64,000 nucleotides of DNA from Nitrospirota bacterium (GCA_020351835.1 CP070669.1:1872673-1936672), one strand, 5' to 3'; positions 19,217 to 29,028 are shown, counted from the first letter of the stretch. The notes: generated from the sequence alone by a model not told the origin. Numbers and translations: made by a program.

Positions 19217-19678
19217 TCATTGCTTTCTGAAGCGGACCAGCCACATTATATGACTTTTCTCTTCGTTGATGATCTCATCAATGATATCCTTCTCTTTTAC
19301 AACATCCTTTATTCCATGAAAGAACAGAAGGGTCTCTTTTTCGAAAGCTATAGCAAAGCTCACAGCGGCCTGTACATCCTGGATGTTCTGAATATGCATC
19401 ATAGCCTTGTCCTTTCCGAGAAAGAAAGCCGACTCTACCATAGCCCTCATGTATTCAGCTACCGTCCCCCACTCTTCAGGTTCTTCCTCACCTATTATCT
19501 CCTTAAGCTCGCTGAACCTTTGCTCATGGACCTTTTCCTTCTTGGCCAGTGTACTGAAAAGCTCGACGAGCTCCTTTTCCTTCTCGTACTTTTCGGCCAT
19601 TGAACTGTAGAAATCGTATCCCAGCTTCTCTGTTTGAACGGCCATCTCGACCGCTTCAAGAATCGAAAATCCTTCCAT
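19217..19678 (-). CDS. Ferritin-like / rubrerythrin-family di-iron protein (no rubredoxin domain)
   Basis: 153 aa four-helix pattern with paired E...ExxH motifs (QTEKLG...KKEKVHEQRF and AFEKET...NEEKSHIMW). Confidence 0.65.
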   Translation of the reverse strand: MEGFSILEAVEMAVQTEKLGYDFYSSMAEKYEKEKELVELFSTLAKKEKVHEQRFSELKEIIGEEEPEEWGTVAEYMRAMVESAFFLGKDKAMMHIQNIQDVQAAVSFAIAFEKETLLFFHGIKDVVKEKDIIDEIINEEKSHIMWLVRFRKQ

Positions 19679-19681
19679 CTG

Positions 19682-19948
19682 TCAATCCTCCTTTATTTTA
19701 TTCTTAAGAGATTCACTAAGTTCCTTATCAGCCTCGATTATCTTTGAAACATCATCACCTTTTATATCCCATGAATACTCGCCCTTATAGTTCCTCTTCA
19801 GCTGGACCTTAACTGGCTTATCCGGCCTTATACCTGAAAGCACAGGATCTTTTGATATTACAGTGCTATTACTACTTCTGTCATTTACTTCACAGGAAAA
19901 CAATGCTGCTGTGATAATTATTACAACGATCCTTAATAGCAAACTCAA
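19682..19948 (-). CDS. Small putative lipoprotein
   Basis: 88 aa. Signal sequence with lipobox ALFSC. ATGA overlap with the nadE stop. No family recognised. Confidence 0.5.
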   Translation of the reverse strand: MSLLLRIVVIIITAALFSCEVNDRSSNSTVISKDPVLSGIRPDKPVKVQLKRNYKGEYSWDIKGDDVSKIIEADKELSESLKNKIKED

Positions 19949-21627
19949 TAACTCCTGTACCTGTTCGTTATCGGGAACCTTCTATCTCGTCCGAATGCTC
20001 TCTCGGTTATCCGCACGCCCGGCGGTGCCTGCCTCCTTTTGTACTCACTTCGGTCAACCAGCCCTATGACCTTCTCTATACACTCCCGGTCGCAGTCGAG
20101 TTCAAGCATCTCTTTAAAACTAAGATCCTGTTCTATGTAAGCATGCAGGACGGGGTCAAGCATGGGATAAGGCGGTAATGAATCTGAGTCCTTCTGGTCA
20201 TCTCTCAACTCGGCTGTAGGCTCCTTCCATAACACCCTTTCAGGGATAACCTCCTCTTCCTTGTTCCTCCATTTTGCCAGTTCATACACAAGCATCTTGG
20301 AGACATCCTTTATCACGGCAAACCCCCCTGCCATGTCACCGTAAAGGGTCGCATATCCTACCGACATCTCTGATTTGTTCCCCGTGGTAAGTACCAGCCA
20401 TCCGAACTTATTTGAAAGCGCCATTAATATATTGCCTCTTATACGCGCCTGAAGGTTCTCCTCAGTGATATCGCTATCTTGATCCTTAAATATAGCTTCA
20501 AACGCATCCAGGTATACATCAAATATAGATGTTATCGGAATATTAATAAGCTTTACCCCGAGATTGCCGGCCAGCTTCTCGGAATCTTCTCTTGATTCTA
20601 CAGAGGTAAATCTCGACGGCATAAACACAAGATTAACATTATCTTTTCCCAGCGCGTCAAATGCTATACACGCGACCAGAGAGGAATCTATGCCACCGCT
20701 CAATCCTATCACGACCTTTTTAAAACCGTTCTTTCTTACATAATCCCTGGTTCCCATTATTAATGCGCAATATATCTCCTCATGCCGGCTCATCTTTTCT
20801 GGCATATCATGTCCTTTTATCTGGACCTTGTCTCTGCCATCCGTTCTTATCGATATCGTCTGATCATCTACAGCTTTTTTTATCTTATTCTTATCAATAT
20901 TGATATCGAACATGATAACTTCTTCTTCAAACTGCTTTCCCTTACACAATATTCCACCGGTCCTGTCCATGATCAAGCTTCCACCGTCAAAGACAAGCTC
21001 ATCCTGCCCGCCAACCATATTAATATAAGCGATCGATATGCCGTTATCCCTCGCCCTTTCTGTCAGCACCTTTTCCCGGACTTCGGCCTTGCCGATCGAA
21101 TATGGAGATGCATTTATGTTTATTATCAGAGCTGCCTCATTTTGTACATGCAATAGATGAGGTCCGTCAGAATGCCAGATATCTTCACAAATGCTCAAAC
21201 CAAAACGGATCCCGTTAATACCATATGTGTTGCACCTTTCACCCTTCTTGAAGTATCTCATCTCATCAAATACGCTGTAATTAGGCAAGCAGAACTTATG
21301 GTATACGTCCAAAATCTCACCTCTATTTATCAGGGCAGCCGAATTATATATACCATCATCAGAACGGTCAACAAATCCCACTACTGCAGTTATATCACTG
21401 ACCGACCTTCTTATCCTGTCAATGGCCAAAATGTTATCCTCGATGAACTGGGGCTTATAAAGAAGGTCCTCAGGGGGGTAGCCCGTAACGGCCAGCTCCG
21501 GGAATACGACAATATCCGCGGAATATCCATTAGCATTGCTAATGACATCAACTATCCGGTCTGTGTTGCCATCGATGTCTCCAACGGTCAAGTTAAGCTG
21601 TGCCAATGCTATCCTTAATGATGTCAT
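19945..21627 (-). CDS. nadE: Glutamine-dependent NAD+ synthetase
   Basis: 560 aa. N-terminal nitrilase/CN-hydrolase domain (LRIALAQLN..., FPELAVTGYPPEDL, CEDIW) and C-terminal NAD synthetase with PP-loop GLSGGIDSS. Confidence 0.95.
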   Translation of the reverse strand: MTSLRIALAQLNLTVGDIDGNTDRIVDVISNANGYSADIVVFPELAVTGYPPEDLLYKPQFIEDNILAIDRIRRSVSDITAVVGFVDRSDDGIYNSAALINRGEILDVYHKFCLPNYSVFDEMRYFKKGERCNTYGINGIRFGLSICEDIWHSDGPHLLHVQNEAALIININASPYSIGKAEVREKVLTERARDNGISIAYINMVGGQDELVFDGGSLIMDRTGGILCKGKQFEEEVIMFDINIDKNKIKKAVDDQTISIRTDGRDKVQIKGHDMPEKMSRHEEIYCALIMGTRDYVRKNGFKKVVIGLSGGIDSSLVACIAFDALGKDNVNLVFMPSRFTSVESREDSEKLAGNLGVKLINIPITSIFDVYLDAFEAIFKDQDSDITEENLQARIRGNILMALSNKFGWLVLTTGNKSEMSVGYATLYGDMAGGFAVIKDVSKMLVYELAKWRNKEEEVIPERVLWKEPTAELRDDQKDSDSLPPYPMLDPVLHAYIEQDLSFKEMLELDCDRECIEKVIGLVDRSEYKRRQAPPGVRITERAFGRDRRFPITNRYRSY

Positions 21628-21720
21628 CTTCGGTCCGTTACATAATGAAATGATAATATTATAAAGAAAACTTGATAATTGTGCTTTATGCGGTCACAGG
21701 AAGCAAGCCTGTCTTCCTGT

Positions 21721-22380
21721 TCAGGACTCTATCTTTATTATCCCTTGCTGTATGGCAAATTTTATGAGCTCAGCCTTTGAGCGCCTGTCAAGCTTATCTG
21801 ATATATTTGTCTGGTGTGCAATAACTGTCTTAATGCTTATATCAAGGACCGTTGCTATCTGCTTATGGCTATTACCCTCTGCAAGTAGCTTGAGTATCTG
21901 TTTCTCCCTTCCTGTAAGCCTCTCATATGGGTCATCCGTTTCTTCGCTGGTCGAACCACCTATATAACCCGATACAACCTCAGCTGTAATAGATGGATGC
22001 AAATAGAGCTCTCCCTTATTGACCGCTCTGATAGCAGATATCAGTTCATTTCCCGCTGCCTTCTTTATAACGTATCCAGATGCTCCTGCCTTCAGGAACC
22101 TGGATATGTATTCCTTGTCGTCATACTGCGTCAGGACTATTATTCTGACATCAGGATATCTCTTTCTGATCTCAAGAGTAGCCTCTAACCCGCCAAGACC
22201 CGGCATGGATATATCCATAAGCACGATATTTGGCCCCGATATCCCGGCCTTTTCTATTGCCTCCTCACCGCTCGATGCCTCTGCTATAACATTAATATCT
22301 TCATGTCTTTCAAGAAGGGCTGATATCCCCTCCCGAACGAGAGAATGATCATCTACTATCATAATATTTATCTTACTCAT
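21721..22380 (-). CDS. Response regulator, NarL/FixJ (LuxR HTH) family
   Basis: 219 aa. REC domain (IMIVDDH...VLMDISMPG) plus LTGREKQILKLLAEGNSHKQIATVLDISIKTV HTH. 8-nt overlap with the upstream kinase gene. Confidence 0.9.
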   Translation of the reverse strand: MSKINIMIVDDHSLVREGISALLERHEDINVIAEASSGEEAIEKAGISGPNIVLMDISMPGLGGLEATLEIRKRYPDVRIIVLTQYDDKEYISRFLKAGASGYVIKKAAGNELISAIRAVNKGELYLHPSITAEVVSGYIGGSTSEETDDPYERLTGREKQILKLLAEGNSHKQIATVLDISIKTVIAHQTNISDKLDRRSKAELIKFAIQQGIIKIES

Positions 22381-24235
22381 CTATTACACCTATCACGGAT
22401 AATGGTACGTCAATATTTATAAAGGTCCCACTGCGTTCATCACTGCAAATATACATTTCTCCATCAAGAAGCGCTATTCTTTCCTTCATTCCTAGTATAC
22501 CGTAACCCTTTTCTTTCCCGTCCTCTGACGGCCCCATCGCCTCCTTTACATCAAATCCAGCGCCGTTATCATCAATGCCGATGTTTATATGTGTATCAGA
22601 CGCACATAAGAAGATGGACACATCGTTAGCCTTAGAATGCTTCGATATGTTCTGGACCGCTTCCTGAATGACCCTGAATAGCATAAGCTCTACCTTACCT
22701 CTGGACAGGTCAGGAATCCCGTTCCTTCCAAACACCTTTTTGAAACCACTTGTCAGTGAAAGCGTATATTTTATATCCTTTTCCCCCAGGTTCCTTTCCA
22801 GAAGCCACCTTACCCCGGCCTCGAAACCCAGATCATCCAGAACAGGCGGCCTAAGGTCCCTGATTATCTTGCTTGTTCCGTCAAGAACATCCTCCAGTTT
22901 TTGCTTAAGTTCCCTGATATCTTCCGATTTAAGCTCGTTCTCGCGAAATGCCAGCTCTGCAATATCTATGGACATCCCAAGTGCTGCAAGTGACTGACTT
23001 GTCTCGTCATGAAGCTCCCTGGCAACTCTTTTTCTCTCTTCTTCCTGTGCGGTTATTGACATATCAAGCAACTTGGAGAGCCGATACCTGCTCCTGCGAA
23101 GCTCCTTTGTCCTCTCGAAGACCCTTCTCTCTAGTTCTACATTATGGTCGCGTATACTGCTAAGCGACTCATCAAGACGCATTCTCATCTCCTCAAAGCT
23201 CTTTGCAAGGACCCCTATCTCATCCGAACTATTTATATTTATCGGCTCATCCAGGTTTCCCTTCCCTATCCTCTGTGTGGCTCCTATCAAGGTCTGAAGC
23301 GGATGAACTATGCTCCTTGTAACTCCGAAAGCAAGAAGAACCGGTGCTATCAGAAATATGGCCCCTATCAATAAGAATGCGCCTTTCAGTTTCCTGGCAG
23401 GTGCAAAGACTATGTCCTCCGGGTCCCTTACCGTTACCCCCCACGGAGCCACAGTGAGAGGTGAAAAGGCCATTATGTCCCTTGTCATCTCTGCTGATTC
23501 CTCATTTGAACCTTCATGGCATCTATGACATTTCTCTACCGTTGGTTTTTTCGCCAGTATCATATTCCTGATATACTCATTATGATCGCTGGTTATAAGG
23601 GTTCTTTGGGGATTGTCCGAAGCAATGATGGTCCCGAAACTGTCTATCAGCTCGACAGATGAGTTCTCATGCATCGGGATCGATTTTATTATCTGTGAAA
23701 AGATGTAATTAGTAGGATTGATCTCTCCTCCGGCGATACCGACCATGTCCCCGTTCCGGTCCTTTAACGGGACAAGTGTATAAATAACTCTTCTTCCGGT
23801 ACTTTCGATCGTATATACATCAGATATGACCTGTTTCTGCTCGGTCAATGCAGTTCTGACATAGGGATTGCTAAGAAGATTTACGGGTCGACCTTCCTGG
23901 TGCGGATACTTAAGAACGGCGTTCCCCTGTTTATCCAGCAGAAATATCCTGTCAGTGAATATCGAATACTCATATGCGGACCTCAGCGCCTTCTTTTCCG
24001 GAGACCAGTTCCCATCGTTAAAGTCTATCTTCCCAGATATTGATATATCATATAAGCGAGTAAGATTTGATCTTATGATGTCCTCAATGTACTTGCTTAT
24101 AATATTGGCCTGGACAAGATGATCGCTCATGGACCGCTCAATGCTCTCGCCGACAGATAGATAGCTTACAACACCGAGAGTGCTGAGAATTATAAAGGCA
24201 CTAAGTACTACTGAAATAATAATTCTTTTTTGCAT
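22373..24235 (-). CDS. Sensor histidine kinase (HisKA_3/NarX-LiaS type) with periplasmic Cache-like domain carrying a CxxCH motif
   Basis: 620 aa. Two TM helices flank a ~260-aa periplasmic region. Also present: HAMP, H-box ARELHDETSQSLAAL and HATPase_c (DDNGAGF...GYGILGMKER). CHRCH is at residues 236-240. Confidence 0.85.
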   Translation of the reverse strand: MQKRIIISVVLSAFIILSTLGVVSYLSVGESIERSMSDHLVQANIISKYIEDIIRSNLTRLYDISISGKIDFNDGNWSPEKKALRSAYEYSIFTDRIFLLDKQGNAVLKYPHQEGRPVNLLSNPYVRTALTEQKQVISDVYTIESTGRRVIYTLVPLKDRNGDMVGIAGGEINPTNYIFSQIIKSIPMHENSSVELIDSFGTIIASDNPQRTLITSDHNEYIRNMILAKKPTVEKCHRCHEGSNEESAEMTRDIMAFSPLTVAPWGVTVRDPEDIVFAPARKLKGAFLLIGAIFLIAPVLLAFGVTRSIVHPLQTLIGATQRIGKGNLDEPININSSDEIGVLAKSFEEMRMRLDESLSSIRDHNVELERRVFERTKELRRSRYRLSKLLDMSITAQEEERKRVARELHDETSQSLAALGMSIDIAELAFRENELKSEDIRELKQKLEDVLDGTSKIIRDLRPPVLDDLGFEAGVRWLLERNLGEKDIKYTLSLTSGFKKVFGRNGIPDLSRGKVELMLFRVIQEAVQNISKHSKANDVSIFLCASDTHINIGIDDNGAGFDVKEAMGPSEDGKEKGYGILGMKERIALLDGEMYICSDERSGTFINIDVPLSVIGVIDE

Positions 24236-24246
24236 TATGCCCCATT

Positions 24247-24290
24247 AAAAAACAGACCGCACAAGAGGTCTAAATACCTCTAATGCGGTC
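24247..24290 (-). terminator. Rho-independent terminator after the cytochrome operon, ending 11 nt before the kinase start codon
   Basis: Minus-strand RNA GACCGCA-UU-AGAGGU-AUUUAG-ACCUCU-UG-UGCGGUC followed by UGUUUUUU. That is a 7 + 6 bp stem with a small internal loop. Confidence 0.75.
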
Positions 24291-24309
24291 CCCGTTACAT
24301 ACCTCTTAA

Positions 24310-24328
24310 ATGTTGTACGGTACAACAT
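24310..24328. promoter_or_regulatory. Perfect 19-bp palindrome ATGTTGTAC-G-GTACAACAT in the cyt b / kinase intergenic region
   Basis: Read directly from the sequence: 9-bp arms and a 1-nt centre, a geometry better suited to a dimeric DNA-binding protein than to an RNA hairpin. A sigma70-like TTGACA(24384..24379)-N17-ATAAAT(24361..24356) lies just upstream on the minus strand. Confidence 0.4.
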
Positions 24329-24426
24329 ATATTTTACCCATCGAACCTGAACAGTATTTATGCATACTATACGCTCGATGTCAAATTTATTAACCTTATA
24401 AAAGTATAACTGATTTCCCCCTATCC

Positions 24427-25167
24427 TCACACCCCCCTTATCACTTTTTCACTTATCATTCCTTCTTCATTGTTTTCACCCACTGCGTCCTCCTTTTCAA
24501 GCTCCATCGGATGCTCTCTTATCATCCTTCTGCGTGATATATAACCTGTAAATATACTTCTGTCAATAGGGAAGACCTCAGGGCTGAAAACAGCATTATA
24601 GATATGCCAGATAGAAATGATCAGTATCATAACTATTGCTTCGTTCGAATGCAGGGCCTTTGCCATGGGTATAACCTCGCCTGGTAAATATGCTGTTGCT
24701 CTTATAGGATACATCAGCAAATACCCCGAAGATGCCATAAATATCACACCCAAAAATATCGCCCAGTATTCAAACTTTTGCTTATAGGTATATCTGCCGC
24801 AGCGAGCTGGCCTGGTCTCCAGCCCGAAATAGAACCTTATATTATGAGCTGCATCCTTAAAATCCTTTATGGATATCAGCATGTCAGGACCCCATTTCCT
24901 GGTCAATAATCCCGTAACTGCCGCAAAGATATGGACGATCAAGAGAACAGAGAAGCCAACTCCGGTAGCCCTGTGCACCATCCTTACCCTGTCTATGCCG
25001 CCTAACTTGAGTACGAACCATTGAGAGAGCTCCAGGTAATAGTAGGTCTGAGAAAGCCCTGTTACTATCAACATTACGAACATAACGACATGCACCCAGT
25101 GCTCGGCTATTCGATATTTACTAAACCTTCTGACTTTCGGAAGAATGTTATTATCATTTTTGCTCAT
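24427..25167 (-). CDS. Membrane di-haem cytochrome b (FdnI / Ni-Fe hydrogenase b-type subunit family)
   Basis: 246 aa, 4 TM helices with His in TM1 (EHWVH), TM2 (VHRATG/IVHIF) and TM4 (HSNE...WHIYN). RFSKYRIAEHWVH is the typical family start. Confidence 0.8.
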   Translation of the reverse strand: MSKNDNNILPKVRRFSKYRIAEHWVHVVMFVMLIVTGLSQTYYYLELSQWFVLKLGGIDRVRMVHRATGVGFSVLLIVHIFAAVTGLLTRKWGPDMLISIKDFKDAAHNIRFYFGLETRPARCGRYTYKQKFEYWAIFLGVIFMASSGYLLMYPIRATAYLPGEVIPMAKALHSNEAIVMILIISIWHIYNAVFSPEVFPIDRSIFTGYISRRRMIREHPMELEKEDAVGENNEEGMISEKVIRGV

Positions 25168-25181
25168 TTCTTTACCCCCCG

Positions 25182-26615
25182 TTATCTGTTGGAACTGTAT
25201 CTCCAGATATGAAGTAATATCTGCAATACCAGTCCAATGACCAGGATAGGTATGAATATCTTAAAAAACCCGTTTACCACGAAGACCAGCGGCGCAGATG
25301 CCAGACTCGGTTCATAGTGCGACAGCCATGCATCAGGAAAATTTTCTGTTATATTGGCATGACATTTCTGACACTGAGTAATCAGGTTACTTTTTACGAT
25401 CCCTACATCCCTTGTGCTCATGATATTATGGGTACCGTGGCAGTCGGTACAAACTGCGATAGGTCTTGCGGGCTTATCAAGTTCCTCCCTCTGCTTTTTA
25501 TAGAAGTTCAAAGTGACTCCATGAAAATCACTAAGGTAGGACTTCACGACATTGACCGAAAGTCCGTACTTCTCCACTACGCTACGGTCAGCATGGCATT
25601 CGCTACAGATCTGAGGTATCATTTCATGCCACTCCATCGTTAAAGGGTTCACGATGTCATGTGCTTTATGGCAGTCTATGCATACAGGCACATCCTTATT
25701 GTTCTCATTTATCAGTGCATCACCGTGAACACTCTTAGCATATACTTCATAGATCTCACCATGGCAATCGGCGCACCTTCTAGGTATTGAAACCCTGTCA
25801 TCATGCATTCTCTGGATGCCATGTGAGCCATGGCAATCGGTACAAGACGGAGCCGTCATATCACCCTGCTGTAGCACTGAATGGTGAATGCTCTCGAGTG
25901 TTTTGGAATACTTATCAAAGTGGCATCTCCGGCAGCTGTCCGATGAAGCTATCAGGTAGTCCCTGCGACTCTTAAAGTTCCTTCTTGGATGGTCCTCTGA
26001 AGAAAAACCGAAATGACAATCAGAACATCCAAGCATACCATGAACTGAACTCCTGAGAGTTTCGTGAGAGACCTTAATGGATGAAGTCTCTCCGCTCCTG
26101 TATGTCATCCTGATATCATAAGCGTGGCAGCTGAAGCAATACTTCTTTTCGCTCATGAATATCTTCCCGCCTGTCACCGGCATAACGGAATGAGCACTAT
26201 GACAGTCGGAGCATATCGGGGAACTGCCATCCTTCTCCTGATCCAGAAGTGCGGAATGTATGGGTTTCTCACATATCTTCTCATCATCATGGCATCGCCT
26301 GCAAATATGCGAGCTCCTCAGTCTGTATTGTCCTTTACTTCTATACTCTTTTTTGGGATGGTCATCAATGGAGTAGTTCCTGTGACATTCTGCACACTCC
26401 ATGAACCCATGGACGGACATCTTAAATCCGCTTGGATCTATGAAAACAGAAATGGTCTCTTTGTTCATAAATTCCATAAAGACACCTTCCTTGGAATGAC
26501 ATTGCAAACAAATGCTCGATTCATTACCATCGGGTGCCTTGACTGCATAGGCTCCGTGGCCAAGGATGACGATCAGTCCTATGGTCAAAATAAGAACATA
26601 TGCCGATCTAAGCAT
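25182..26615 (-). CDS. Multihaem cytochrome c (13 CxxCH motifs) with signal peptide and C-terminal TM anchor
   Basis: I count 13 CxxCH: CLQCH, CAECH, CRRCH, CSDCH, CFSCH, CSDCH, CRRCH, CTDCH, CADCH, CIDCH, CSECH, CTDCH, CQKCH. C-terminal helix FFKIFIPILVIGLVLQILLHIW. Start set at ATG 26615 (GGAGGAGG upstream, giving MLRSAYVLILTIGL...) rather than 26687. Confidence 0.85.
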   Translation of the reverse strand: MLRSAYVLILTIGLIVILGHGAYAVKAPDGNESSICLQCHSKEGVFMEFMNKETISVFIDPSGFKMSVHGFMECAECHRNYSIDDHPKKEYRSKGQYRLRSSHICRRCHDDEKICEKPIHSALLDQEKDGSSPICSDCHSAHSVMPVTGGKIFMSEKKYCFSCHAYDIRMTYRSGETSSIKVSHETLRSSVHGMLGCSDCHFGFSSEDHPRRNFKSRRDYLIASSDSCRRCHFDKYSKTLESIHHSVLQQGDMTAPSCTDCHGSHGIQRMHDDRVSIPRRCADCHGEIYEVYAKSVHGDALINENNKDVPVCIDCHKAHDIVNPLTMEWHEMIPQICSECHADRSVVEKYGLSVNVVKSYLSDFHGVTLNFYKKQREELDKPARPIAVCTDCHGTHNIMSTRDVGIVKSNLITQCQKCHANITENFPDAWLSHYEPSLASAPLVFVVNGFFKIFIPILVIGLVLQILLHIWRYSSNR

Positions 26616-26719
26616 AATATCCCCTCCTCCGGATCCCCGGTTCGTGAACCATGATAAAGGGTGCCCTTTCGGAGGCATGTTCAACACGCCTCCTACTCAG
26701 GTCTTTTCCCTTGTCGATC

Positions 26720-27958
26720 CTAATGCTCATCATATCCCGGCTCTTTCCTCACGACAGGCATACGGTTCACTATCCACCTGAACAACAGGATATGTATTGT
26801 AACTATTGCCAGTACCATAGCCGTCTCCTGCCATGGCGGTATTATATGATGAAGGTGGTCTGGCATTTGCCAGTTAAACGCTATTATGGACACATTTATC
26901 CTGTTTAACAGGACACCTATCACGGCATATGCCGCTCCCATCCTGACAATACCTGCACTCTCCTTTTTTACTCCATATACAAGCACCAGTGAAGGCAAAA
27001 GGACAAATCCTATCATTTCAAGCGCGAACCAGTATCCGTAGGGAGTTGCAAGGAGGCCCCAGTGATCATCATGTGCCACACCAATGAGCTTTAAGGCAAA
27101 ATATACGAACATCCCGATGAAAGCTCCTTTGCCAAGTCCGATGGTCAGCCTGTCAAGGTTATCCCTGAAATTAGTATCGGTGCTCTTCCTCATAAATCGC
27201 ACTACAAGAGCGCTCACGATGATCACCATTGCAAGAGCCGCATACACACTTGAACTAAGGAAGAAGTGAGGTATATATGAGGAGTACCACAGCGGATGCA
27301 ATTTGCCTGGAGCGAGAAGGAACATAGCTCCGAGGGCTGACTGGTGTAAGGTAGAAAGTATGATACCTGCAATTGTCATTGCTATAGTGATCATGTTGGC
27401 CCACCTTCTTACCCGGGTCGATCTGAGCCACTCAAGTATGGCCGGGCTGAACTCGAGGAATTGTACTGTAAGATAAGTGGCAACGTGCCAGGCTACCAGG
27501 AACAGTACCGAGGCCGTTCCGAATCCCATTAACATAGGGTAGTAAATTCTCCACGGCCTTCCTATATCAGTAAGAAGGTAGATCACAGCAAAAAGGTAAC
27601 CCATAAAACCTACTAGCACTCCTAATCTCACGAGCGGTTTGTACCCTTTAAAACCGAAAATATAATAAGCGGTTGCCATTATAAATCCGGTTGCCGATAA
27701 AGGCACACCGCCAAAGAGACCCCATCCCAGGGTCAATCCCCATGGGTAATCATGGGAGGCGTGGGTTACAGCGGATAGCCCGTATATAAATCTCATTCCG
27801 ATAACAGGTATACCTACACTCAATATGATAGCTGCCAGTACATTGAACGGTGTCAACATTTTCCTCATATATTCGGGCCAGGACATTCCCATCAACAACT
27901 TGTCCATGAACCATGATCGAAAATCATCGATCCTTGCTACTGTGCCATTATGACTCAT
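26720..27958 (-). CDS. NrfD/PsrC-family polytopic membrane quinone-interacting subunit
   Basis: 412 aa, about 10 TM helices, with YPWGLTLGWGLFGGVPLSATGF typical of NrfD/PsrC/HmcC-like proteins. ATGA overlap with the Fe-S subunit gene. Confidence 0.8.
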   Translation of the reverse strand: MSHNGTVARIDDFRSWFMDKLLMGMSWPEYMRKMLTPFNVLAAIILSVGIPVIGMRFIYGLSAVTHASHDYPWGLTLGWGLFGGVPLSATGFIMATAYYIFGFKGYKPLVRLGVLVGFMGYLFAVIYLLTDIGRPWRIYYPMLMGFGTASVLFLVAWHVATYLTVQFLEFSPAILEWLRSTRVRRWANMITIAMTIAGIILSTLHQSALGAMFLLAPGKLHPLWYSSYIPHFFLSSSVYAALAMVIIVSALVVRFMRKSTDTNFRDNLDRLTIGLGKGAFIGMFVYFALKLIGVAHDDHWGLLATPYGYWFALEMIGFVLLPSLVLVYGVKKESAGIVRMGAAYAVIGVLLNRINVSIIAFNWQMPDHLHHIIPPWQETAMVLAIVTIHILLFRWIVNRMPVVRKEPGYDEH

Positions 27959-28965
27959 TTTTCGCCCTCCTCTTTAACCTGATGCTCTGTTTTGTTATTC
28001 TCGAGTTCGTCTCTGTGCTTTAACGCAGCATAGATCGTACCGAAAAGCGCCGGCCAGACAGTGAAGACCACCGGTACAGCGCCAAGAAAGCCTTTTGTGA
28101 GCTCTATTGGCGGCTTGTTCGGCAGGTCTTTCGGAAAGCCCAGGTCCTCAAAAGGTACTCCTGAGATGTACAGCCATCCGGTACCACCTACCTCGTGTTC
28201 TCCGTACACGTGGTCAATATATCTATCCGGTTTCTGATATATCCTCTTCTTAGCAAGTTTCAGGAGATCATCCCTCTTGCCAAAGGTTACTGCACCGGCA
28301 GGGCATGCATCAGCGCATGCAGGTATGCCACCTTCCTTTATCCTGTCATAGCACATTACGCATTTAACGATCTTTGGCTCCAGGGCACTGTCGTAGTCAT
28401 AGGCTGGCACATTAAATGGGCACGCTATCATACAGTAACGACACCCGAAACACAGGTCAGGGTCATAAAGAACGGGCCCCTCTTTGGTCTTTGTATAGGC
28501 ATGTATTGGACACGCCGACGCGCAGGCCGGCTCGTTGCAGTGGTTGCACTGGATCTTTCTGTATACAGGCTTATCCGGTTCGTTCGGGTCCTGATACCGA
28601 TTTACCACGGTATAAGCATCCTGAGTGGGCCTCCTCATCTCGTTAAAGACAGAACCATCATCAAATGATCTTTCAGGTGCCGGAAGCCCGTTTGCCTCGT
28701 TACATGCCTTCTCGCAGCTCCTGCAACCTACACAGAGCGTGAAATCGGTTAGCATTCCGTATCGGTCAGGCCATCCTTCAAACTCCTTATATGCCGATGC
28801 ATTCGAAGGATTAGCTATAACAGCAGTGCATCCTACAAGCGTGGCAGCTTTCAGGAATTTCCTCCTGCTAACGCCGCTGTGATCCTGCTGTTTCTCTTTC
28901 TTCTCAGATACGCACATCTCGTCACCTTCATGATCTTTTTCGGATCCTTTAGGTATCTTTCCCAT
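27955..28965 (-). CDS. Tat-exported 4x[4Fe-4S] ferredoxin-type subunit (NrfC/HmcB/DsrO-like) with C-terminal TM helix
   Basis: Twin-arginine signal SRRKFLKAATLVG. Four cluster motifs: CVGCRSCEKAC, CNHCNEPACASACP, CFGCRYCMIACP, CVMCYDR...ACADACP. Start set at ATG 28965 (GAGGAGGG upstream). Confidence 0.85.
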   Translation of the reverse strand: MGKIPKGSEKDHEGDEMCVSEKKEKQQDHSGVSRRKFLKAATLVGCTAVIANPSNASAYKEFEGWPDRYGMLTDFTLCVGCRSCEKACNEANGLPAPERSFDDGSVFNEMRRPTQDAYTVVNRYQDPNEPDKPVYRKIQCNHCNEPACASACPIHAYTKTKEGPVLYDPDLCFGCRYCMIACPFNVPAYDYDSALEPKIVKCVMCYDRIKEGGIPACADACPAGAVTFGKRDDLLKLAKKRIYQKPDRYIDHVYGEHEVGGTGWLYISGVPFEDLGFPKDLPNKPPIELTKGFLGAVPVVFTVWPALFGTIYAALKHRDELENNKTEHQVKEEGEK

Positions 28966-29028
28966 AAACCCTCCTCTTAACATCACTATCTTTTTTTCCT
29001 GTTTTCTTCATTTAAGATAATAGCTCCG

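Noticed and set aside
24245-24430. 61-aa minus-strand ORF in the cyt b / kinase intergenic region
   Set aside because: It spans a promoter-like element, a palindrome and a terminator hairpin. It has no RBS, and its composition looks non-coding.
26616-26687. N-terminal extensions of the cytochrome genes (26687, 28986, 29499) and of the RND pump (3892) and YtxH gene (6476) given by the ORF track
   Set aside because: In each case an internal ATG with a strong Shine-Dalgarno sequence yields a proper signal peptide, Tat signal or family-typical N-terminus. The longer forms add residues ahead of the signal sequence.
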